DNA from: Eledone cirrhosa | Taxonomy: Eukaryota | Direction: 5' to 3' | NCBI GenBank assembly: GCA_964016885.1 | Contig: CAXHJY010001571.1 | Coordinates: 1 to 64,000, forward strand | DNA length: 64,000 bases | Shown here: positions 16,560-30,320 of the stretch, one piece after another | Layout of the letters: each line of letters starts with the position of its first letter | How positions within the stretch are numbered: the first letter of the stretch is position 1 | Program-made: the position numbers and the translations under genes | Notes under the pieces: model-generated | Database searches by the model: none | What the model saw: only the letters and a program-made list of their open reading frames with translations | Told to the model about the DNA's origin: nothing

Positions 16560-16830
16560 TTTTATCCTTAAGACGAGCAACATTCAATCTTTTGAGCAGG
16601 GCAACAACAGGAGCCGGAATTTTACGTTTAGTGATTAGTTTCACTTTTGCGCGTACCAGGCGGTGGTACGTCCAGCACTCAGCTCCACGAAGAGCACGAA
16701 CACATTGCACATCCTGTCTGTCACGCATTCTGACTAGGACGTAGTCCAAAAGATGCCATTCCTTAGAAGCAGGATGCATCCATGTGGTCTTGAATTTGTT
16801 CTTTTGTTGGAACATGGTGTTGGTAACACA
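16560..16830 (-). pseudogene. Inverted AP-endonuclease fragment of the adjacent RTE LINE
   Basis: NTMFQQKNKFKTTWMHPASKEWHLLDYVLVR...AECWTYHRLV is a typical RTE endonuclease C-terminus. Confidence 0.9.
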
Positions 16831-19330
16831 CTGGTGAGAATTGGCCGACCCTTAAAAAGTCGGTTTATGATGTAGGCAGGCGTGTTCTGGGATTGGTGCA
16901 GAGAAAACATCAGGACTGGTTTAATGAGAATGATGTACATATAGAAGACTTGTTAGCTGATAAGAGGCGTGCTCTGTAACGCTACTTGACGGCAAAACCA
17001 CAGGAGAGGAATACGTTGCATGAGGAACTCAAGGATGTAAAATCACGTGTTAGGCTGAGTCTTTCTCAGATGAAGGATCAGTGGTGGAGTGAGAAGGCTG
17101 ATGAGATACAAACTGCGTCAGATTCCAATAACACAAAGCTGTTGTACAGTCTCTTGCGTGAAGTTTATGGACCGTCTTCTTCTCTGGTGACACCGCTTCG
17201 CAGCAAGGATGGCAAATAACTTCTTCGTGACTCACAAGGAATTCTACGAAGGTGGCGAGAGCACTTTGATGATCTTTTGAATCAGCCGTCTGTCGTCAAT
17301 GAAGATTTCCTCAATCTCATTCCAGAAAGTCCTGTGAAAGTAGCTCTCGCAGAACCTCCGACGCTTGTGGAGGTTGCAGTGGCTATCTCGAAGCTGAACA
17401 GTGGAAGGTCTCCAGGTATGGATGGCATACATGCTGAGCTCCTACAAAATGGTGGTGAGAGACTCCTTCAACATCTTCACTCTTTGTTTGGCAGGATATG
17501 GGCTAATGAATCCGTACCTGAGGACTGGAGAGATGCAGTAATGGTGGTCTTGTACAAGGGAAATGGTAACAGGAATGATTGTGGGAACTACATAGGTATA
17601 TCATTGCTTTCTGTCGTAGGGAAAGTTTTATGTAGGGTGCTTCTGGACCGTCTGCTGACACACGTTGCAGATTGTGTTCTTCCTGAAAGTCAATCTGGTT
17701 TTCGTGTTGGACGCGGCACTACTGATATGATCTTCTCAGATAGACAGCTCCAGGAGAAGTGCATGGAACAAGGTTTGGATCTGTATCAGGTTTTTGTCGA
17801 TCTGACAAAAGCTTTCGATACTGTTAACAGAAATGCATTATGGAAGGTTCTCCAGAAACTTGGTTTCCCTGATAAGTTCCTTGCTTTAGTTAGGTCTTTC
17901 CATGACATGAAGGTTTGGGTTAATGTCGGAGGTAACATTTCAGAGCCTATCTCAGTAAAACATGGAGTGAAACAGGAGGATATTCCAGCACCGACCCTGT
18001 TTGCCATATACTTTGCAATGGTTTTCTGTATTGCATTCAAGAATTGCGAGCATGGTGTTTACATCCGGTATCGAAACTCAGGCACCATATTTAACATCAG
18101 GCGCTTTGCTGCAAAGACAAAAGTATTTACATCAATCATAAGAGACCTCTTGTATGCAGATGATTGCGATCTTGTAGCGCACACAGAGAGTGATATGCAG
18201 CGCATTTTGAATGCATTTTCTGACGCTTGCACTGCCCTAGGATTGACTGTCAGTCTCAAGAAAACCGTCGTCATGTACCAACCTGCCCCTGGTAAGCAGT
18301 ACTGTGAACCAAATATCTATGTGTATGGTAAACGACTTGGAGTGGTTGATCAGTTTGTCTACCTGGGAAGCACTGTCAATCAATACAGCAACCTTGACAG
18401 TGAAATCTCACTTAGGATTAGGAAAGCAAGTGATGCTTTCGGAAAGCTAGAAAGGCGACTCAGGGGTCGGCGAGACATATGCAAGAAGACAAAGGCATGT
18501 GTGCTCTCTTCTCTTATTTATGCCTGCGAGACCTGGGTCATATATCGACACCACCTTAAGCAATTGGAGCGTTTCCATCAGATGTGTCTCAGACGGATCC
18601 ATGGCGTTCACTGGAGGGACCACATCAGTGATGTCGAGATTTTGGAAAGCTCTATGTGTGACAGTATAGAAGCTCTTGTGCTTAAGCAACGACTCCGTTG
18701 GAGTGGTCACCTTGCCAGGATGAAGGATTCTAGAATACCAAAACAACTCTTTTATGGAGAGTAGGTTAAAGGAAAACGACCGCCACATAAACCAAAAAAG
18801 AGGTATAAGGATTCCTTGAAAGCCTCTCTGAAAGACGCTAACATCTCTGCTGATACATGGGAAAATATTGCTGCTGATCGTAATAAATGGAAAAAGACTG
18901 TATATGAGGGAAAAGTTGCCTTTGAGGCATCTCGAATCGCATACGAGAAAGTAAAGCGGGGTGTGAGGAAGGGCATTGCTGTTGCACTTCCAGACGGCGA
19001 GGGTCCTCCTATGGTGCTGACATACAGCGTCTGTGCGAGACTCTGCCTAAGCAAAGCTGGACTCGAAAGTCATCTTCGCAGTCATAAAGTAAGACCAGTG
19101 GTTGACTACCAAGCTGCTGTTGGAGATGCTACTCATCATACTTGCCTAGCATGTGGTAGAGAATGTAAGGAGGTAGCAGGAGGGCTCAAACGACATGCAA
19201 AAGTACACGAACTCCAACCACAGCCGACTATTCCCAGTGAATGTTTTGGTTGCCGACTCTGCGCAAGAAATTTTAGATCATTGGCTGGGCTAAAAGCCAC
19301 ATTCGATCGCAGCGCTGTTAGTTGCTATCG
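16831..19330 (+). mobile_element. RTE-clade LINE (RT plus C-terminal C2H2 zinc fingers), inactivated
   Basis: QDWFNEND, SPGMDGI, PESQSGFR, FVDLTKAFD, LLYADD, YLGS, YACETW; three CxxC..GL..H repeats in 18816-19343; stops near 17219 and 18764. Confidence 0.95.
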
Positions 19331-19441
19331 TGTGTGTGTATAGATATGTTTATGTGTGTGCGTATATATATATATATATGTATATTATTGTTGTTGTCGT
19401 TATTATTATTGTTGTTATTATTATTATTATTATTGTTATTA

Positions 19442-19472
<31 letters not shown>

Positions 19473-19525
19473 TGTATGTATGTATGTATGTATGTATGTA
19501 TGTATGTATGTATATGTATGTATGT

Positions 19526-20356
19526 TCTTCTGGTTTTATAATTTCACAAATTTTTTCCCAATTGAGAGAGAGTCGGTTTCTAACCTAGATACAAGTCTCT
19601 CTCATTGGAATTTACACATCAACTTACACATGCATGCATGTGTAGATATGGATGTTATTGTATGTGTGGATGTGGATGTTTTTAGTTGTATGTGTGCATG
19701 TGTATATACTTTGCATCTGTACATGTGTATATGCAGTTATTAGATGCAAAACCTTTGGAATGTTTTACATATTTTTACTGTTCCATTAATGGATTGTACT
19801 GGTAATTTCCTAACTAGTTGTGTTCTTTCTGTTCTTGTGAAGCCTAGCTTCTCAAGATTTGTATTGAGGCAGTTACTAACATATCCCAGTGCCCCAATAA
19901 TCACAGGCATAAATCTGAAGGTGTAATCAGGGTGGAGAATCTGCAGATTTCTCATCAGTTCTGCATAAATATTCTCCTTTTCGCTAATCTTTCATATTAT
20001 ATTGTTTTCTGCTGGGCAGCTAATTTCCACTACTCTGCATACTTTCTTTTCCCTGTCCCATATCATAATATCTGGTCTGTTATGCCTGCATTTTATTGGG
20101 GTTTTTACTGGAACATTCCACCAGTACTCTTCCACATTGCTGTAGCTTTTAATGTGTTTATTATCGGGGCTATCTTTTTTACGAACTGCATTGTACAGTG
20201 TTTTGGCCACTACATCATGCCTCATAGGTAGATATTACCGCGATGACATCTTTGGACAGCTGCTGATGACATGGGTGATATCTTTAATGTTAGTGCTGAA
20301 GAGTCGGCCCTTGTTATCACATCTAGGTGTTTTGCCTGCATCCTTATCTCTTTTGT
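19526..20356 (-). mobile_element. R4/Dong-type (restriction-like endonuclease) LINE 3' fragment
   Basis: ITHVISSCPKM..RHD, NRPDIMIWD, VEISCP, PVIIGALG; (TATG)n on both sides. Confidence 0.85.
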
Positions 20357-20412
20357 GAATGTATATATGAATGTATGTATGTATGTATGTATGTATGTAT
20401 GTATGTATGTAT

Positions 20413-21020
20413 GTCAGGTCACCAGTTGGTGCTACTGGTAACATGTATCCCAGTACAACCTGTCTCATGGTCGGGTCGTTGGCGACTAAACTGGCAACCC
20501 CACCAAGGTTTCTTGGTTAGGAGGGTGACTTTGGACATCCTGCAGGACTAAAAACAAAACCTGTCAAAGGGCAAAGGAGCTCTTAAGAGTCAATGGCCAT
20601 CCAAAATCACCGGGAGAGATGACCCCTTAGCCTTTGTCAAGGCAGAATTCTAGGAGAAGGAAAACTCTGATATAACACCTGCAACTCTGATGGTATCCAA
20701 TGATGTTGACTTGTTCTTCTTTTTGGTAAATATCATCTTGGTTAAGAGAGTGGGACTGGCTTTGTGCAGTGCCTTTGCTCACTATAAAAGCTTCACGGCA
20801 CAGGCATTGCTTTACATCTGGAGATCTCTCTGCACTTGTCGTTACATGGTACCATGGGCCCAGCACTATGTGTCAATAATTGTCACAAGTGTAGTGTTTG
20901 TACCAGAGTTTTCAAGTCGCTGGCTGGACTAAAAAGTCACACTCGTTCAGCGTATCGGTAGGGGTTCTCCTACATGGATATAAAGTAGTGGCCGTACTGG
21001 AAAACGAGTTGGCAGCCACT
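20413..21020 (+). mobile_element. Non-autonomous RTE-derived element, longest copy (~610 bp)
   Basis: Contains ggagaaggaaaactctga (RTE 5'UTR-like) and a C2H2-coding 3' part; (TATG)n tail. Diverged relatives at ~21160-21650 and ~57050-57380. Confidence 0.85.
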
Positions 21021-22047
21021 ATGTATGTATGTATGTATGTATGTATGTATGTATGTATGTATGTATGTATGTATGTATGTATGTATGTATGTGCGTCAGT
21101 GTGTATATATGTATGCATCTATGTATTATATATATATGTAAATATGTATGTATGTCTGTTTGACTAAACCGGCAACCCTTCCAAGCCTGTTTGATCAGGA
21201 GGGTGATTTTGTACAGCCTGCGGGATGAAAAACAAAATCCGTCAAAGGGCAGAGGAACTCAGGAGAATCAACGGCCATGTAATAAAGATTTATTTTATTT
21301 TATTTTATTGTATTGTGAAGCAAGAGACCCCTAGTCTTCATTAAGACATCTCTCTAGGAGAAGGTCACTCTGATATAAAATCTGTGACTTCATTTATATC
21401 CAATGATGTAGACCAGTTCTTCTTTTTGTGTAAATGCATTCGATGTTCAGAGAGTGGGATTAGCCCCGTGTGAAGTCTTTCCTTACTTAAAAAGGCTTCA
21501 AGCATGTTATCACTTGATATGCGATATTTTTTACGATTCCTGCCATTACTGGACATAGGCAAGTCCCTAGCAGGACTAAAAAGCCACATCCGTGATGCTC
21601 ATGGTTAAGTATCAAGCAGTACCATTACTCGAAATCGTGCTGCAGCCATCATATACGTATGCATCTATATATTATGTACATATGTATATATATATATATA
21701 TATATATGCATGTATGTCTACTTGTCTGTCTGTATGTATATGTATATGTGTGTCTATGTATATATGCATGGGTATATACATCTATGTATTATGTACATAT
21801 GTACGTATATATGTATGTCTATCTGTATGATTGTGAATATATGTATGTGTATATGTGTGTGTATTTATGTATGTTTGTACTTACATATGTATGTAAGGAT
21901 GTATGTGTGTATGTATATGTTTGTACATATGTATGCACGTTTGTCCATAGGTATAGATGTATATATATATAAGTGTGGCTATGTATCTGTGTATATAAAC
22001 GTGCGCATACACACATATATATACATACATACATATACATACATACC

Positions 22048-22181
<134 letters not shown>

Positions 22182-22504
22182 CATATATACATATATATAT
22201 ACATATATACATATATACATATATATATACATGAACACACACACACATATATATATATATGTATATATACTCATGTATACATCAACTTTAGAGATTCGAG
22301 ATATATATATAGAGAGAGTGAGAAGTAGAAAAAGAGTTTCTTTGTCTTTGAGGATGATAGAAGAGTAGAGAGACAGATCTGTATGGTATTCACTGGTTTA
22401 GAAGCCGCTTCGTCAATAACCGGAAGCGGATGTGACGTCGACACTGGAGTTCAGACATTCTAGCATGGCGTCCTCATTTGTTAAAGAACATTTATCGAAG
22501 CAGA

Positions 22505-22535
22505 AGTAGTAGTTATGGTAGTAGTATTGGTAGTG

Positions 22536-22592
<57 letters not shown>

Positions 22593-22778
22593 ATTGTTGT
22601 TGTAGTAGTAGAAGTAGTAGTATTAATACTGGTAATACAATATTAATACTGGTAATACAATATTAATACAATAATAGTAGAAATAGTAGTAGTAGTAGTA
22701 GTAGTAGTTGTAGTAGTAGTATCTCTAGTGGTGGTTGCAGTTGTAGCAGTTCTCTGCGATTTGCGGTATAAAACTTAA

Positions 22779-22830
<52 letters not shown>

Positions 22831-23250
22831 GTAGTAGTAGTAGTAGTAGTAGTTGTTGTACTACTACTACCACCACCACCAACACTACTACTACTATTAC
22901 CACCACCCCCACCACCAACACTACAACTACTACTACTACTACCAACACCACCAACACTACTACTACCACCACCACCACCACCACTACTACTACTACTACT
23001 ACAACTACTACCACCACCACCAACACTACTACTACTACTACCACCACCACCACCACCAACACTACTACTACTACTACCACCACCACCACCACCAACACTA
23101 CTACTACTACTACCACCACCACCACCACCAACACTACTACTACTACCACCACCACCACCACCAACACTACTACTACTACTACCACCACCACCAACACTAC
23201 TACTACTACTACTACTACTACCATCACCACCACCACCACCAACACTCCTA
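22505..23250. repeat. (TAG)n/(CTA)n/(CAC)n compound trinucleotide repeats
   Basis: Direct reading. Confidence 0.95.
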
Positions 23251-24329
23251 GTACTACTAAGTAACAGTGAGTGATTTACATAGCATAAAAGGGTGAGATC
23301 AATTTAACAATAACAAAACAATAACAAAACTATAAATCAATAATAATAAATCAATAACATAAAATTATGAAACAAAATAACAACTAAAATCGATCCTTAA
23401 ACTAGGAACCATACAGTGTGATAGGGTGCAGCACATATTAAACCCCACATTTCTTTTTATCAGTTCTTGCTTTAGCGAATCTCATTCGGCCATATCTCTC
23501 CGACTTCTCAAACTTTACTTGAGGGAAACATCCTCTATGTTATTATCAGTTTCCTATTAAAATATAAAGAAATTGACGATGGTTTGCCATTCGAGGAAAC
23601 CATTCAGCCATGTCCTCTACACAACTTCCTTCGTCAAAACCATTAGATAGTGTGTGTGACAGCTCACACCTATACAGGTTTAGCTGGCCTCCTCCAAAGT
23701 TATCTCGTTGGAGGTGTCTTGGGTAATTTAACGATAAGAACGACAGTCCTATCATCTCATTTCTACAACTGAGTAAACTGGAGCAACGTGAAATAAAGTG
23801 ACTTGTTCAAGGAAACAACACATCTCCCGGTCCGAGAATTAAACTCACAACCTTTCGATTGCAAGCCCAATGCTCTAACCACTCGATTAGATAGTGGAAT
23901 ACTAGGAAGGTTGTGAGAGATTCTCTACCATAGGCTCTTACGAGTTGTTTGACATAAACCCACAAATCAGCAATGCACAAACATTGAACAGGTGTGAGGT
24001 GAATGGATTCGTGTCCGTACTCACAAGTTTAATTGCGGACGGGCATGGCTAGATTTAGACCTTGGGATGCCCGGGGCACTTCAAGTTTAAGGAACCTTCA
24101 TACACAAAAAATTAGAATACAGAGCAAACCCCCAATTTTACAAACCCCAACCGGCTTAGCGCCAGTAATTGGAATCCAAGTTGTACAGGTATTAAATTCA
24201 AACAATCTAACTATCTTCATTTTACGTCTAACTTCCACACTGGCATGTTTTTGGACGGATTGTCACAGTCTGAGACCAAACGTTTGATGAATTTTGCCAC
24301 AGCAAGGACATTAAACATTTTTTGTTAAA

Positions 24330-24950
24330 GCATAATTATCGTTGTCAAAGGGATAAAAACTTTGTATCATAGGAGAAAGGATAAATGAAAACTGGTTAGA
24401 ACTCCAATGTGAGAAGAACTCATCAGTACTTCATCAATATGCCAAAATGAAACATGGGGGCACATTAGAGAACATAGAAATAAACATTAGAAATTTTCCG
24501 ACATATTACAAAATTGACAAATATGAACGAACTCCATCCAAAATTATACAGAAAACATGAGTGGAATAGCAACAACATGACAACTAGTAGTTAAGGACAA
24601 GATAAAGACATACAGACACACACAAGAACCAAACTAATAAAACAAACCAGACACACAGATAGAACAAGAAACAAATTAGTGACAAGTAAATAAATGTATA
24701 AATAAATGAGTAACCTCCGGATATAACGCATGCGCAGCACACAAAAAATCATATGGTGTGGGACAGAAAAAAGGAGAGACACAAAATAACAAATTTACTC
24801 ACTGATGAGGTCACAGAATGTGTGACGAAAGAGCTTTGACAATAAATAAACAATCATTATTAAACCAACCACCCAGAAAATTGTAATAAACTAAATTTTG
24901 TTTTATTGGCAACATGACCTTCTCAAAGTATAACAATGTCAATATATGCT
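24330..24950 (+). mobile_element. Decayed Penelope-like 3' end with hammerhead at 24799-24839
   Basis: Degraded GIY-YIG-like C-terminus (SSVLHQYAKMKHGG...ELHPKLYRKHEW), then tca-CTGATGA-g-gtcaca gaatg tgtgac-GAAAG-agctt-tga and aataaa. Confidence 0.65.
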
Positions 24951-25019
24951 TCAACACACGTTTTCAGATAAGAAATCTTGCAAAACATATACAAAAACGA
25001 AGTATATATATATGACCAA

Positions 25020-25065
<46 letters not shown>

Positions 25066-25124
25066 AAAACTAAATTAAGGGTGTCATGTCTGAGAGACAT
25101 GCGCCATAGCCACTGTAGAATATG

Positions 25125-25194
<70 letters not shown>

Positions 25195-25339
25195 CATACA
25201 TCGCCCATTAACCATTCCACATAACATGATTGCTTTAAGTAATACGTGGATCATATTTCTCTCATACGCAGCAATTATATAAATAACGCACAATTGATAT
25301 ATCGTTCTAACGTAAATTGACAGAGACTCCTTAGTGTAA

Positions 25340-25850
25340 TGTTTAACGAAAGAATATATTAGGTTAACGCTTGAAGTAGCAGCAAGAGGGTCTTAACGTT
25401 TTGGACGCTAGTCCTTCATCACCAGAAGAAAGAATGAGAAATTAGATTAAAGGGACGAGCGTGGCGGAATCGGAAAAAAAGTTTTTATAGAAATAAATAA
25501 CAGGTCCATTCATATTGACATCTCTTGCAAAACTGTTGGTGCTGGCGTTTTGTGTATGATTTATGTTTTTAGAAAAGTGGATGATGGAGCGCGTCTACGT
25601 GAAGTGGAAAAATAAACGTTTTGTATATGGAGCTATACGTGTGAGCGTGGGTATAGGTGTGTGTGTGTGTGTATTAGTATACGTCCGTACGAAGCTAAGA
25701 GGATATGTGTGTGTATATGCAAGTAAAAGAGTGTGTGTGCTTGTAAGTACGAAGCTGTGAGCAAAAGTATGTTGATATAAAGGTGTATGTGTATATATAC
25801 AGAGCTGTGAAGGGAAAAGTAGTGTGTGCGTATTTTGTTGGTCTGTATTA
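25340..25850 (-). mobile_element. Family A hammerhead element (~500 bp; decayed ribozyme at 25391-25429)
   Basis: Colinear with 61511-62090. Confidence 0.8.
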
Positions 25851-26014
25851 TATATAGAGGGCGGTGAATTGGCAGTATCGGTAGAGGGTCGGACATGCTT
25901 TCCAGCACAGTTACGTTCCTTTACGATCTGAGTTCAAATCAAGCTGAGGTTAACTTTGCCTTTCATCCTTACGGGGTCGTAAAGTACCAGTAATGGCCTT
26001 GTGCCAAAAGTAGA

Positions 26015-28938
26015 GTTATATGCAGTGATTACTATAACAATATACGTGTGTTATATACGGTGATTACTAAAACAATAACCGTGTGTTATATGCTGTGATT
26101 ACTATAACAATATACGTGTGTTATATGCTGTGATTACTATAACAATATACGTGTGTTATATGCAGTGATTACTATAACAATAACCGTGTGTTATATACAG
26201 TGATTACTATAACAATAACCGTGTGTTATATACAGTGATTACTATAACAATAACCGTGTGTTATATGCTGTGATTACTATATCAATAACCGTGTGTTATA
26301 TGCTGTGATTACTATAACAAAAACCGTGTGTTATATGCAGTGATTACTATAACAATAACCGTGTGTTATATGCAGTGATTACTATAAAAATAACCGTGTG
26401 TTATATGCAGTGATTACTATAACAATAACCGTGTGTTATATGCTGTGATTACTATAACAATAACCGTGTGTTATATACGGTGATTACTATAACAATAACC
26501 GTGTGTTATATGCTGTGATTACTATAACAATAACCGTGTGTTATATGGAGTGATTACTATAACAATAACCGTGTGTTATATGGAGTGATTACTATAACAA
26601 TAACCGTGTGTTATATGCAGTGATTACTATAACAATAACCGTGTGTTATATGCAGTGATTACTATGACAATAACCGTGTGTTATATGCAGTGATTACTAT
26701 AACAATAACCGTGTGTTATATACGGTGATTACTATAACAATAACCGTGTGTTATATACTGTGATTACTATAACAATATAGGTGTGTTATATACGGTGATT
26801 ACTATAACAATAACCGTGTGTTATATGCTGTGATTACTATAACAATATACGGGTGTTATATGCAGTGATTACTATAACAATAACTGTGTGTTATATGCAG
26901 TGATTACTATAACAATAACCGTGTGTTATATACGGTGATTACTATAACAATAACCGTGTGTTATATGCTGTGATTACTATAACAATAACCGTGTGTTATA
27001 TGCTATGATTACTATAACAATAACCGTGTGTTATATGCAGTGATTACTATAACAATAACCGTGTGTTATATACGGTGATTAATATAACAATAACCGTGTG
27101 TTATATGCAGTGATTACTATAACAATAACCGTGTGTTATATGCAGTGATTACTATAACAATAACCGTGTGTTATATGCAGTGATTACTATAACAATAACC
27201 GTGTGTTATATGAAGTGATTACTATAACAATAACCGTGTGTTATATACGGTGATTACTATAACAATAACCGTGTGTTATATACGGTGATTACTATAACAA
27301 TAACCGTGTGTTATATACGGTGATTACTATAACAATAACCGTGTGTTATATGCTGTGATTACTATAACAATAACCGTGTGTTATATGCTGTGATTACTAT
27401 AACAATAACCGTGTGTTATATGCAGTGATTACTATAACAATAACCGTGTGTTATATGCGGTGATTACTATAACAATAACCGTGTGTTATATGCAGTGATT
27501 ACTATAACAATAACCGTGTGTTATATACAGTGATTACTATAACAATAAGCGTGTGTTATATGCGGTGATTACTAAAACAATATACGTGTGTTATATGCAG
27601 TGATTACTATAACAATAACCGTGTGTTATATGCGGTAATTACTATAACAATAACCGTGTCTTATATGCAGTGATTACTATAACAATAACCGTGTGTTATA
27701 TACAGTGATTACTATAACAATAAGCGTGTGTTATATGCGGTGATTACTATAACAATATACGTGTATTATATGCAGTGATTACTATAACAATAACCGTGTG
27801 TTACATGCAGTGATTACTATAACAATAACCGTGTTATATGCAGTGATTACTATAACAATAACCGTGTGTTATATACGGTGATTACTATAACAATAACCGT
27901 GTGTTATATGCTGTGATTACTATAACAATAACCGTGTGTTATATGCAGTGATTACTAAAACAATAACCGTGCGTTATATACAGTGATTACTATAACAATA
28001 ACCGTGTTATATACTGTGATTACTATAACAATAACCGTGTGTTATATTCAGTGATTACTATAACAATAACCGTGTGTTATATACGGTGATTACTATAACA
28101 ATAACCGTGTGTTATATACAGTGATTACTATAACAATAACCATGTGTTATATACGGTGATTACTATAACAATAACCGTGTTATATACAGTGATTACTATA
28201 ACAATAACCGTGTGTTATATGCAGTGATTACTATAACAATAACCGTGTGTTATATGCTGTGATTACTATAACAATAACCGTGTGTTATATGCAGTGATTA
28301 CTATAACAATAACCGTGTGTTATATACGGTGATTACTATAACAATAACCGTGTGTTATATTCAGTGATTACTATAACAATAACCGTGTGTTATATACGGT
28401 GATTACTATAACAATAACCGTATGTTATATGCAGTGATTACTATAACAATAACCGTGTGTTATATGCTGTGATTACTATAATAATAACCGTGTGTTATAT
28501 ACAGTGATTACTATAACAATAACCGTGTGTTATATGCAGTGATTACTATAACAATAACCGTGTGTTATATACGGTGATTACTATAACAATAACCGTGTGT
28601 TATATACGGTGATTACTATAACAATAACCGTGTGTTATATGCAGTGATTACTATAACAATAACCGTGTGTTATATACGGTGATTACTATAACAATAACCG
28701 TGTGTTATATACGGTGATTACTATTACAATAACCGTGTGTTATATGCAGTGATTACTATAACAATAACCGTGTGTTATATGCAGTGATTACTATAACAAT
28801 AACCGTGTGTTATATACGGTGATTACTATAACAATAACCGTGTTATATACAGTGATTACTATAACAATAACCGTGTGTTATATGCAGTGATTACTATAAC
28901 AATAACCGTGTTATATGCTGTGATTACTATGACAATAA
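26015..28938. repeat. 35-bp satellite, ~83 copies (gtgtgttatatRcDgtgattactataacaataacc)
   Basis: Period confirmed by the line phase recurring every 420 nt; occasional 33-bp units. Confidence 0.97.
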
Positions 28939-28940
28939 TG

Positions 28941-29098
28941 GTGTTCGGACCTGGTGTACATGAGAGAAGGTGGGGGAGAGACGGAGGCGATGACAGTGGG
29001 AGTTTGGTTCCTCTGTGTTCGGACCTGGCATACACGAGAGAAGGTGAGGGAGAGACGGAGGCGATGACAGTGGGAGTTTGGTTCCTCTGTTTTCGGAC
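28941..29098. repeat. 74-bp tandem duplication (~2.1 copies)
   Basis: gtgttcggac recurs at 28941, 29015 and 29089. Confidence 0.85.
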
Positions 29099-29157
<59 letters not shown>

Positions 29158-29163
<6 letters not shown>

Positions 29164-29452
29164 AAAATGCAACGGGAACAAAACAGAGAGGCAGTACGAA
29201 CAACGGTTTATTAGTTTCACGCTCTTGAGAGTGGGGGGGGGGGTGTTTCGGGCATAAGCCCTTCTTCAGGCGAAATGTGGGTGGGAAGAGATTTCCGAGG
29301 GTGTGTTGGGGAGTGGAGGAGAGACACTTAGAAAAAGTGGGGAGGGGAGAGAGGAAAAGGAGGAAAAACGGTGGAATAAAAAAAAATAAAAATAAAAATA
29401 AAATTAAACTTGAAGATAAACAAGTGGTGGAAGGGTGTGGGGCGTGGAGGGG
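29158..29452 (-). mobile_element. Solo 3' end (pLTR) of the Penelope family at 10.8-13.4 kb
   Basis: Reverse complement matches ~13060-13384; CTGAAGA-a-gggc ttat gccc-GAAAC. Confidence 0.85.
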
Positions 29453-29653
29453 ATATACACATATATAAGTATATTCTAATTCAAGTGAAAAACTAAAGAT
29501 GAGACTTCAATTCATTTTATTAACTTCTACATAAGTTTCAATTTCAATTTTAATTGTATCGTGTGGGAGACCAGAGTGGACAACAGTATTGAAAGTGGGG
29601 TCAGGTAAATGTGGAGAAGAGAAGGATAATAGTGTGGATATCTCTCGACACAC

Positions 29654-29706
<53 letters not shown>

Positions 29707-30272
29707 CACACACACGCACGCACACGCACGCACACACACACGCACACGCACACACACATACACACACACACACGCACACACACATACACACACGCACACG
29801 CACACACACACACACATACACACACACGCACACACACACGCACGCACACACACACACACGCACACACACACACACACACACGCACACACACACACGCACG
29901 CATGCACACACACACACACAGACACACACACACACATATATATATATATCCAGATCGCAGCGCTATGGTTAGTGTTCTGCTCAGTCTCACACCACATATT
30001 CTCTCCCTCACCCCATCTCGCTCTCTCTCTCTCTATCCATCTATATATAATATATTATATTATTATTATATTCTGAGTCCAAATCCCGTCGACGTTAACT
30101 TTGCCTTTCATCCTTACGGGGTCGATAAAATAAAGTACCAGTAATGTACTGGTACTTGCTGGCCTTGTGCCAAAAAGTAGAAACAATTATTATATTATAT
30201 ATATACACATACATACATACATATATATAGAGAGAGATAAATAAATAAATAAATGTATATATACATACACAC

Positions 30273-30320
<48 letters not shown>

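Noticed and set aside
23570-23645. TTGACGA hammerhead-like motifs on both strands
   Set aside because: No proper GAAA/stem III/NUH arrangement.
26015-28938. CRISPR array (35-bp palindromic repeat)
   Set aside because: No unique spacers, no cas genes and a eukaryotic context; it is a tandem satellite.
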